This document shows, in pieces, positions 9,915 to 18,431 of a stretch of DNA of 56,540 bases (position 1 is its first letter; each line of letters starts with the position of its first letter). Source of the stretch: Patescibacteria group bacterium. Lineage in GTDB: Bacteria > Patescibacteriota > Patescibacteriia > UBA1558 > UBA10009. The stretch lies in assembly GCA_018817315.1 (NCBI GenBank), contig JAHITV010000002.1, forward strand, positions 1-56,540, read 5' to 3'. The notes beneath the pieces were generated by a model that saw only the letters and a program-made list of their open reading frames with translations, did not search any database and was not told the DNA's origin. The translations under genes were made by a program, and so were the position numbers.

Positions 9915-10163
9915 TTAAAACTCAAAATCCTTTTCTATGCCTCTGCTTTTATCCCAATCACCTTTATTAACAGAAACTCTTCTGCCAGAATGAACAGAAA
10001 ATCCCCCATTTGAAAGGTTATAAGGTGGATCAGCAAAAATCATATCAATTGACTCTGATTTAACTCGTTTAATTACTTTAAAAATATCACCAAAATAAAG
10101 GTTAAATTTGCGCTGCTTGTCTTGAAAATAAGCTTTTTGTTTATCTTCCATCGGAAATTTCAT
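9915..10163 (-). pseudogene. truncated DNA methyltransferase (N-terminal fragment, beta-class N6A/N4C type)
   Basis: 82 aa containing IFADPPYNLSNGGFSVHSGRRVSVNKGDWDKS (motif IV DPPY). It ends at TAA 9915 before any AdoMet-binding FxGxG region, and no continuation appears in any frame downstream. Confidence 0.7.
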
Positions 10164-10190
10164 AGTTAAAATTTAACATTTCTAGGGTAA

Positions 10191-10220
10191 AAAATCAACA
10201 AAAACAGGGTCTAAACCCTG
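10191..10220 (-). terminator. intrinsic terminator after the helicase-nuclease gene
   Basis: Minus strand reads CAGGGT TTAG ACCCTG followed by TTTTGTTGATTTT. Confidence 0.5.
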
Positions 10221-10261
10221 TATGTTACTTACTTTACTCAATTATATAATAAAAGGCAAGA

Positions 10262-13222
10262 TCAAATAATATTTTTACAATAATCGCATTTTTGGTGATT
10301 ATTGACAAAATGACTGAAATCAAAGTCTTTAATCTTTTCTATAGTCTTAATAATTTTCTCCTGAAACTTGGCTATTTCCTTTTCTTCGCCCAAGAAAGAA
10401 AGTTGACTGTCGTCTTCCAAATAGTAATAAATCAATTCTTTAACTTTTTGAGAAAATAATGATTCCACTGCTATTTGATAAAGCAATAATTGCTCTTTGT
10501 CTTCTCCGGTTAACTTTTCTTTAGCACCGCCGGTTTTATAATCAATTATTTTAAAACTGTCCTCTACTTCATCAAGGCGATCTATTTTACCCGTTAAAAC
10601 ATAACCTTTAATTTTAATATTAAAGGACTTTTCCAAATAACTAGGAAAAGATTCTAATAACTTGGGACTGTTGTAAAAACTCTTTAAAATTTCCTTACCT
10701 TGTTCATAATATTTATTCTTCTGAACTTTATCCTGATACCAATCATCAATCCAGGATTCTTCGTAAAATTTAATTAACTGATTCAAGCTAACAGAATCAC
10801 GAATAGACTTTTTGCTACTTTTTGATTTTTGACTTCCTGACTTCTTACTTTGACTAAATAAATCCGTTTGCACGCTTTGCTGCTGACGTTTAAATTCCTC
10901 ATAAAACTTTTGCAAAGTTAAATGAATAGTTGAACCAAAACTAAAATAATGATTGCCTTTTAAAGGAACTTTTAAAATATAACGATAATAATAAAGACGA
11001 GGACAATGTTCAAAATCTTTAAGTTGGGTAAAAGAAAATTTTGCCGGCAATAAAGTTTTGAATTCATTATTTTCCTTGATTTCCAGCTTTTTAATATTTT
11101 CCAGTTTTTCTTCTTGAACAGTTTTCTTTGTTTTTTTACTGGTTTGCGCTGACTTAAAGCCCAAATCAGTTAGAAAAACAGAAGCTTTTTTTTCTTTCAC
11201 TCCCCCATAATTTTTAGCTGAAGCAAAGAAAATACCGTCTTTTGATCTGGTCATGCCTACATAAAACAAACGACGTTCCTCCTGTAAATAAATATCGCCT
11301 TCTGGTATGATTTCTTTAACTAATTCATCTGGTAATTGGATTGGTTCCTTTCTTTCAATAGTAGGAAAACGTTTATCCACCATGTTAACCATAAAAACAT
11401 ATTTAAACTCTAAGCCCTTAGCACTATGCACTGTCATAATTTTTACCATTTCCGGACCTTCATCTTCATTAAGAGGCTGCAAAGCTCCTTGCTCGCCTGA
11501 TTCCAACTCTAAACCTAATTGCCTTAAAAAATTCTTCACTGATTTATCATCATTAATTTCTTCAAAAGCTTTGATACGTCTATAAAATTGTGATAAATAA
11601 GAAAACTGCCAACGTTTTTCCAACTCCTCCAAAGAATCAATATATTTTAAATAACCAGAGTCATTTAAAAAATCAAAAACAATTTTGCTGCATCTTTCGC
11701 TTTTGGTGTGATTAATAAATTTTTCCAAAAAGTCCACAATCCTTTCCAGTTCTGTAAGAGTTTCTGGCTTAAGTTTTAATAAATATCTGGCCTGTTTAAC
11801 GATTTCAAATAAGGTAAAGGATTTTTTATATGCCTGATGCGTTAATTTAACTATTTCCACAGCTTCAAGATTAAAAATGGGCAGACTTAAAAAGCGGTAC
11901 ATGGCATCTGATTCATGATAATTATCTAAAAGTTTTAAAAAAGCAATTAAATTTAAAACTATGGGTTTGGCATATAAACCGCGGCTAGCTACAAACTGAT
12001 AAGGAATACCGGCTTTTTCTAAGCCTTCAATAAAAGGTCTGGCTTGATCATTAGCTCTAACTAAAATAGCAAAATTATTCCAAAGAATATCAGCTTCTTT
12101 TTGTTTAAGGAAAATTATTTTATTTACCACTGCCGCCACTTCCTCATCCAAAGTTGGAACTGTTAAATGTTCTATCATTCCCTTGCCTTTAGCAGCGGCT
12201 TTTAATTCTTTGGAAATCTTTTCTTCTGCTTTTAATTTTATTTCCAAACGATTAGGATTGTTTAACTGAATAAAAGAATAAGCCAAATCCAGAATATTTT
12301 GTTTAGAACGATAATTAGTGTTTAAAAAGACTTCCACGCATTTGGCATAATCCTTTTTAAATTCCAAAATATTGCTGATAGAAGCACCGCGGAATTTGTA
12401 AATTGCCTGGTCATCATCTCCTACTACAGTGATGTTATTTTTGGGCTTGGCCAATAATTTTACTAAACAATACTGGGCATAATTAGTGTCCTGAAATTCA
12501 TCAACTAAAATATACTGGAATTGATTTTGGTATTTTTTTAAAATCTGCGGCCGTTTATTAAAAAGATCCCAGACATAATTGATTAAGTCGCCAAAATCCA
12601 AATAATTGTTATCCAATAATAATTGCTGATAAACATGGTAGGCATTGGCAACTTCTTCCAGTCTCCTGACTTCCAGAGCCGCTTCTTCATCTTTTCTTAA
12701 ATCATTATCTAATCTATATGATTCCACATAATTTAAATAATCTTGCGGCCGGACTAATTCGTCCTTGCATCTGGAAAAATGCTTTAACAAAGCATGAATA
12801 AATCTATTGGGATTGCCTAAAGGTTTATAATAATCCAAAGCAAATTTATCTAAATTATTTCTTGCCAAAAGCCAGCTTTGAGTTTCGTCCAACAGTTTAA
12901 AATCAGTGGTCAGGCCAATATCCAGTCCATGCTCCTTTAAAATTCTTTCGGCAAAACTATGAAAAGTGGAAATCCATAAGTCAACATAGCCGTAGGGCAA
13001 TGCCTTATCAACTCTTTCTTCCATTTCGGCTGCTGCTTTTTCGGTAAAAGTCAAAGCTAAAATTTGCTCGGGATTTAATTTTTTTTCAGTAATCAGCCAG
13101 TTGATTCTTTCGGTTATAACTGTGGTTTTGCCAGTGCCTGCTCCGGCAATAATTAACAAGGGGCCATTGCCGAATTTTACGGCCTTTTTTTGGGCAGGAT
13201 TTAATTTATCTGCATAGCTCAT
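10262..13222 (-). CDS. UvrD/PcrA-type superfamily 1 helicase fused to a C-terminal PD-(D/E)xK (AddB/Cas4-like) nuclease domain
   Basis: 986 aa with Walker A GAGTGKT, DEFQDT, and helicase motifs through VGMTRSK. The C-terminal roughly 260 aa carry FEHCPRLYYY ... DRLD ... IIDYKTG ... CDYC. Confidence 0.85.
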   Translation of the reverse strand: MSYADKLNPAQKKAVKFGNGPLLIIAGAGTGKTTVITERINWLITEKKLNPEQILALTFTEKAAAEMEERVDKALPYGYVDLWISTFHSFAERILKEHGLDIGLTTDFKLLDETQSWLLARNNLDKFALDYYKPLGNPNRFIHALLKHFSRCKDELVRPQDYLNYVESYRLDNDLRKDEEAALEVRRLEEVANAYHVYQQLLLDNNYLDFGDLINYVWDLFNKRPQILKKYQNQFQYILVDEFQDTNYAQYCLVKLLAKPKNNITVVGDDDQAIYKFRGASISNILEFKKDYAKCVEVFLNTNYRSKQNILDLAYSFIQLNNPNRLEIKLKAEEKISKELKAAAKGKGMIEHLTVPTLDEEVAAVVNKIIFLKQKEADILWNNFAILVRANDQARPFIEGLEKAGIPYQFVASRGLYAKPIVLNLIAFLKLLDNYHESDAMYRFLSLPIFNLEAVEIVKLTHQAYKKSFTLFEIVKQARYLLKLKPETLTELERIVDFLEKFINHTKSERCSKIVFDFLNDSGYLKYIDSLEELEKRWQFSYLSQFYRRIKAFEEINDDKSVKNFLRQLGLELESGEQGALQPLNEDEGPEMVKIMTVHSAKGLEFKYVFMVNMVDKRFPTIERKEPIQLPDELVKEIIPEGDIYLQEERRLFYVGMTRSKDGIFFASAKNYGGVKEKKASVFLTDLGFKSAQTSKKTKKTVQEEKLENIKKLEIKENNEFKTLLPAKFSFTQLKDFEHCPRLYYYRYILKVPLKGNHYFSFGSTIHLTLQKFYEEFKRQQQSVQTDLFSQSKKSGSQKSKSSKKSIRDSVSLNQLIKFYEESWIDDWYQDKVQKNKYYEQGKEILKSFYNSPKLLESFPSYLEKSFNIKIKGYVLTGKIDRLDEVEDSFKIIDYKTGGAKEKLTGEDKEQLLLYQIAVESLFSQKVKELIYYYLEDDSQLSFLGEEKEIAKFQEKIIKTIEKIKDFDFSHFVNNHQKCDYCKNII

Positions 13223-13261
13223 GAGCTTATTTTAGCATAATCATTATATAATCGTAAGTAC

Positions 13262-13289
13262 TTGACTTTTAAAAAAGATGTTTTATAAT
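13262..13289 (+). promoter_or_regulatory. sigma70-type promoter of the orphan RNA locus
   Basis: TTGACT (13262-13267), a 16-nt spacer, then TATAAT (13284-13289). Confidence 0.55.
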
Positions 13290-13295
13290 GGAGAT

Positions 13296-13767
13296 ATTAA
13301 GGTCGGTTGTTTGTCTTAAAATCACGAAGGATGATAGCTGGGCAGCTTGACAAATAACCGACCGGTTCTTTTCATTATTTTTAGTTAGCCGCATGCTCTT
13401 TTTTAGCAACCGGTCATTTGTCTTCAGAAAGGAAGGTCGTGTGGGTAATTTAGACTTATGACCGGTCTGCCCCTTTTATGATTTTGGTCAGCCGCACACT
13501 CTTTGACAATGAAGTTAAGAGGATATATTGTCCCTTCCGACTTTATAGTGCATGGCTGGCCACCTTTTTTGACCGGCGGCTGTTATTCTTTGAAACGCTT
13601 TACTTACTTGCTCGCTCTGACCAAGGAATACAGCCAAGCCGGTCAATCTTTTTTCGTTCTTCGCCCTCACATCTCCCACCATGCTCTGGATGATGGATTT
13701 ATACCACCTCCAGGCAGACACCCTGACGCTGATTGTTCCCCTGTGATCAGTATTGGGTGTTTTTTTA
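13296..13767 (+). ncRNA. structured non-coding RNA of unidentified class (three tandem hairpin modules)
   Basis: A G+C-elevated gap between two minus-strand genes, with only overlapping nonsense ORFs on both strands. Bounded by a promoter and a terminator. Long hairpins lie at 13301-13363, 13409-13466 and 13571-13644. A conserved tail YAGCCGCAYRCTCTTT occurs at 13385-13402 and 13487-13504. The 5' end is estimated from the -10 box. Confidence 0.5.
13718..13767 (+). terminator. intrinsic terminator ending the RNA locus
   Basis: ACACCC...CTGAT...ATCAG...GGGTGT hairpin (13718-13760) followed by a T-run at 13760-13766. Confidence 0.6.
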
Positions 13768-13784
13768 TTTTAAATTTTTATATA

Positions 13785-13809
13785 TAAAAAAGACGTTTAG
13801 CTTACGCCT
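13785..13809 (-). terminator. intrinsic terminator after atpC (end of the atp operon)
   Basis: Minus strand reads AGGCGT AAGCTAA ACGTCT followed by TTTTTT. Confidence 0.45.
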
Positions 13810-13836
13810 CACGCCTTATGTATTAGTTGACTTTGT

Positions 13837-14283
13837 TTACTCTTTATTCATCTGTGGCGGATTTCTAAATTTGCGATATTTGCGAACTATTTTTAAACGA
13901 GCTAGTTCTTTTTCCATTTTAACAGCCAGTGCTGTATAATCTACTGCTTCTGTGGCAATCTGTTCTTTTCTAGATAACAATTCTTCTGCTTTTTTTCTAG
14001 CTGCCTCTGCTCTGGCTTCATCAATTTCTTCAACTCTTTCTGCGGTGTCTGCCAAGATAGTTAAATTATTACTAGAAATTTCCACAAAACCACCAGAAAT
14101 AACCATTGGTATTTCCTCTTTTTCTTTTTTAATTAAAACCTCACCAGCATTAAGTGAACTCACTAAAGGAATATGGTTTGGCAAAACAGTAATTTCACCA
14201 CTGGTCGTTGGTAAAGTAATTTGGTCCACTTCGTCTTCGTAAACCACGCGTTCGGGAGTGACGATTTTAAATTTGATTTTCAT
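13837..14283 (-). CDS. atpC: F1 ATP synthase epsilon subunit
   Basis: MKIKFKIVTPERVVYEDEV...TLPTTSGEITVLPNHIPLVS is typical of epsilon. Start set to ATG 14283; an alternative is ATG 14298, and the track start is GTG 14307. Confidence 0.85.
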   Translation of the reverse strand: MKIKFKIVTPERVVYEDEVDQITLPTTSGEITVLPNHIPLVSSLNAGEVLIKKEKEEIPMVISGGFVEISSNNLTILADTAERVEEIDEARAEAARKKAEELLSRKEQIATEAVDYTALAVKMEKELARLKIVRKYRKFRNPPQMNKE

Positions 14284-14304
14284 AGATTCATGTATCATAT
14301 TATT

Positions 14305-14355
14305 CACGACTCACGTATCAATTTTTTGTCTATTTTGATACGTGATACGTGAAAC
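14305..14355. repeat. heptamer units forming a hairpin between the four-helix-bundle gene and atpC
   Basis: Units cacgact, cacgtat ... gatacgt, gatacgt. TCACGTATCA (14311-14320) pairs with TGATACGTGA (14336-14345). Confidence 0.55.
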
Positions 14356-14703
14356 TTATTTATATTGTATTGTCTTCCAAAGCATTGCTCCAATTTCATC
14401 TGCTTGCTTGGCTAAAATTTTATAATTATTATCTTTGATATATCCTTCATCATGAGAAAAACTGATTAAATATTCTGATTCTTTTAATGAAGCATAACTT
14501 ATTCTCAAAAAATTCTTATTAACCCTAACACCTTGCCTGGCAAACCCTTCTATATAATTTAGTATTACCGACAAAGATGAGCGACGGAATTGACTCGTAA
14601 CTCCGTATAATTCATCTTTAGGAAAGGTCTTGGTTACTTTATATACATTATGAACATAAAGATTCATTTTTTTCTTGAGCTCGCCGTGAAATCGCTTTTC
14701 CAT
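14356..14703 (-). CDS. four-helix-bundle protein (family formerly called 23S rRNA intervening-sequence protein, PF05635-like)
   Basis: 115 aa from ATG 14703 (MEKRFHGELKKKMNLYVHNVYKVTKTFPKDELYGVTSQFRRSSLSVILNYIEGF...), with the size and motif pattern typical of that family. The upstream part of track ORF 14356..14817 runs through a repeat array and was trimmed. Confidence 0.75.
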   Translation of the reverse strand: MEKRFHGELKKKMNLYVHNVYKVTKTFPKDELYGVTSQFRRSSLSVILNYIEGFARQGVRVNKNFLRISYASLKESEYLISFSHDEGYIKDNNYKILAKQADEIGAMLWKTIQYK

Positions 14704-14726
14704 GTTATTTTGATTAATGATAAATG

Positions 14727-14761
14727 TCGTATATCGTGATTCGTTATTCGTATATCGTATC
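14727..14761. repeat. heptamer array (tcgtata, tcgtgat, tcgttat, tcgtata, tcgtatc)
   Basis: Five exact-period-7 units directly upstream of the four-helix-bundle gene. Confidence 0.6.
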
Positions 14762-14855
14762 ATGTTCTCAATTTGTGGGCTAACATCCCCTGGATTGCCG
14801 AAGTTGGAAGCGAACAAGGAATTTGGGCGGAGCTAGTAAATAAATATTTTATAAC

Positions 14856-15392
14856 TTATGGCAATTCTACAGGTTCGTTTTCTTTAAATTCTTTAGTTAT
14901 TATTAATCCATTATGACTATACTTTATACTAAGTGTTTTAACAACACCCTTATCGGGATCACCGGTAATTTCATTTGAAGCCACCGTTTTTAACTTGTCA
15001 TCTCTTATTTGTTTATTCAGCTCATCGGTTACATTAAAATTTTTTGCCGGTGAGCCGTATTTTGCTTCCAATATTTTAAGTCTAGTATCATCATAACTTT
15101 CTTTTAGAACAGATTTTGTGTCACCAGAGCCAATAATTTCTTTTATCGTTGGTTTCTTAAAATAACTAAAGAATATAAAAACACCGAAACATATTATACC
15201 TAATATTAACAAGTATAAATTCTCTGGTTTTGCTGCATAAAATCCGATTAAACCCGTTGCAATGAAAAGGAATATTTCTCCAGTTACTTTATTACTTCTA
15301 ATATTATTTAAATCATTTTCACTAACTAGAAAATATGTTTCGGTACGTCCTTTTATTTTTGTTTTAACCAATTTGTCATTTAAATTAGTCAT
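14856..15392 (-). CDS. two-TM membrane protein with a DUF3395-like C-terminal domain
   Basis: 178 aa with two hydrophobic helices (about residues 40-80). The C-terminus LKILEAKYGSPAKNFNVTDELNKQI...ITGDPDKGVVKTLSIKYSHNG resembles the DnaJ-associated DUF3395 fold, recalled from memory. Confidence 0.5.
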   Translation of the reverse strand: MTNLNDKLVKTKIKGRTETYFLVSENDLNNIRSNKVTGEIFLFIATGLIGFYAAKPENLYLLILGIICFGVFIFFSYFKKPTIKEIIGSGDTKSVLKESYDDTRLKILEAKYGSPAKNFNVTDELNKQIRDDKLKTVASNEITGDPDKGVVKTLSIKYSHNGLIITKEFKENEPVELP

Positions 15393-15467
15393 ATGGTTAT
15401 AAAAATATTTATCTTACTTCCTGCGGAGCCAGTACGCGGTGATATGTGAAGTCCTGTTTTTCTTCTA

Positions 15468-15932
15468 TTATTTTAAGTTATACTTTTTTATTAACTCTTC
15501 CATCATTTGTAAAAAAGGTTCTGGAGATGGAGCATCACCACCTTTGATAAAAATACCTCTTTCAATAGCTTTATCAAATAAATTCACCACATATTCTGTA
15601 TCCTTCATAGTGCTTGAGCCAAGCATTTGATTTGCTTGAATAAACACTCTTAAGGCATCAGTGATGGGTCTTTTTAATTCAGGATGTTTAGTACCTAAAT
15701 TTTTGATTTCCTCAGCCACTATTTTTTTATTTTCACTAAATGTTTTTTGACTCTCTGGATTATGACATCCAAAAATTTCATTAATTATTGAAGTAGCTAA
15801 TGTTTTATAGAATTTTTCTCCCTTTTCTTTATACTTTTCTGCAAAGTCTTCTGTAAGCACTTTATATAGTACAAGTTTAACAACGTCAACTCCTTGGATC
15901 ATTTTTTGAGCTAGTCTTTTTATACCAAACAT
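15468..15932 (-). CDS. hypothetical alpha-helical protein
   Basis: 154-aa ORF with an ATG start and no motif I recognise. Third gene of the block inserted between atpD and atpC. Confidence 0.45.
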   Translation of the reverse strand: MFGIKRLAQKMIQGVDVVKLVLYKVLTEDFAEKYKEKGEKFYKTLATSIINEIFGCHNPESQKTFSENKKIVAEEIKNLGTKHPELKRPITDALRVFIQANQMLGSSTMKDTEYVVNLFDKAIERGIFIKGGDAPSPEPFLQMMEELIKKYNLK

Positions 15933-15990
15933 AATTTTAAATTAGTTGTTAAGAAAAACAGGATTTTATATATCAAACACTGTATGAACC

Positions 15991-16023
15991 CCCGACTCCC
16001 GACACACGATACACGATCCACGA

Positions 16024-16025
<2 letters not shown>
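15991..16025. repeat. heptamer array (cccgact, cccgaca, cacgata, cacgatc, cacgatt)
   Basis: Five period-7 units. The last unit overlaps the atpD stop codon at 16024-16026. Confidence 0.6.
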
Positions 16026-17418
<1,393 letters not shown>

Positions 17419-17451
17419 TTAATTTATTATTAATTTTTGTAATGATACTGA

Positions 17452-18375
17452 TTACTCTAATGCTGCTTTACCGCCGGAAATATCCGCAAGCTCCGTAGTA
17501 ATAGCTGCCTGACGCGCCTGATTATAAGCTAAAGTTAAGGAGTCAATCATGTCTGAAGCTGCTAAAGAAGCATTTTGCATAGCCATCATCCTGGCTGAAT
17601 GCTCTGAAGCGTCTGATTCTAAAATGGCCTGATAAATCTTTACTTCAATTAAGCGAGGCAGCATTGCCGAAAGCACTTCTTCGGCAGATGGCTCAAATAA
17701 ATATTCAAATTTTTCTGCGTGTGCTTCTGACTTTGTAGAACCTTTTTGCTTAGCTGACTCAACTTCTCCCAAATATTCATCCTGTTTTTCCGGCTCCAAA
17801 GGCAAGAGTTGAAGAATTCTGGGCTTTTGTGATAAAGAGGAAATAAAATCAGTATAAGCAATTACTACTTCGTCATATTTATTGGCTAAATAATCTTCTA
17901 TTACTAAATGGCTTAAAGATCTAATTTCTTCAATTTGAGTGGTGATATCAAGCTTAGGGAATTCGGCAATAATGGAATATTTTCGCTTTAACATAACTTC
18001 CCTGCCCTTTTTACCTATGAGAATTAATTCTATTTCTAAATCATTATTCTGCTTTTGCTGTTTAATAAAAGCAATAGTTTTATTGATAATCTGATGATTA
18101 AAACTGCCGCATAACCCTCTGTTAGAAGTGATTAAAACTAAACCGATTTTATTTACTTCTCGTTTGATTAATAAGGGATGATATTTTGATTCAGTACGCG
18201 CTGCTAAATCTAAAACTGCGTTCCAGGCTAAATCAGCATAAGCACGTGATGTTAAAACATTATTAACAGCTTTGCGCATTTTAGCAGCCGAAACCAACTC
18301 CATAGCTTTGGTAATTTTTTTAGTATTACCTATGGACTTAATCCGTCTTTTAATTTCTCTGGTTAATTGCGGCAC
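17452..18375 (-). CDS. atpG: F1 ATP synthase gamma subunit
   Basis: 307 aa with N-terminal REIKRRIKSIGNTKKITKAMELVSAAKMRKA and C-terminal ITTELADISGGAAAL-like end. Apparent GTG start. Confidence 0.9.
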   Translation of the reverse strand: MPQLTREIKRRIKSIGNTKKITKAMELVSAAKMRKAVNNVLTSRAYADLAWNAVLDLAARTESKYHPLLIKREVNKIGLVLITSNRGLCGSFNHQIINKTIAFIKQQKQNNDLEIELILIGKKGREVMLKRKYSIIAEFPKLDITTQIEEIRSLSHLVIEDYLANKYDEVVIAYTDFISSLSQKPRILQLLPLEPEKQDEYLGEVESAKQKGSTKSEAHAEKFEYLFEPSAEEVLSAMLPRLIEVKIYQAILESDASEHSARMMAMQNASLAASDMIDSLTLAYNQARQAAITTELADISGGKAALE

Positions 18376-18396
18376 GTTTTAAAAAATTAAATTATT

Positions 18397-18431
18397 AATT
18401 ACTGATTACCGATTACTTGTTACTGATTACT
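18397..18431. repeat. heptamer array (aattact, gattacc, gattact, tgttact, gattact)
   Basis: Period-7 units in the atpA-atpG spacer. The last unit overlaps the atpA stop codon. Confidence 0.6.

Noticed and set aside
13296-13767. The RNA locus as RNase P RNA, tmRNA, SRP/4.5S RNA, 6S RNA or a riboswitch.
   Set aside because: I checked both strands by eye and found none of the family hallmarks:
- No GAGGAAAGUCC / ACAGAAnnCGGCUUA pair, as RNase P would have.
- No GGGG..UUCGAC 5' end, T-arm or CCA-adjacent 3' end, as tmRNA would have.
- No GGAA-tetraloop domain IV motif, as SRP would have.
- The length is wrong for 6S.
- No downstream same-strand gene for a riboswitch.

Only weak partial resemblances turned up. 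This needs cmscan to be definitive.
13478-13787. Track ORFs 13478..13693(+), 13503..13787(+) and 13515..13721(-), considered as protein-coding genes.
   Set aside because: They overlap one another on both strands and lack SD sequences or sensible starts. Their translations are low-plausibility (Pro/Gly/His-rich with no motifs). They run through long RNA hairpins and a terminator, which fits a structured RNA or relic better.
14704-14817. The N-terminal 38-codon extension of the four-helix-bundle ORF, and likewise the extensions of atpE to 21349, pyrF to 42755, atpH to 20381 and ansA to 1069.
   Set aside because: The extensions begin at non-ATG codons. They run through repeat arrays or overlap the upstream gene, and they add residues absent from the conserved family N-termini. 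Internal ATGs give proteins of canonical length.
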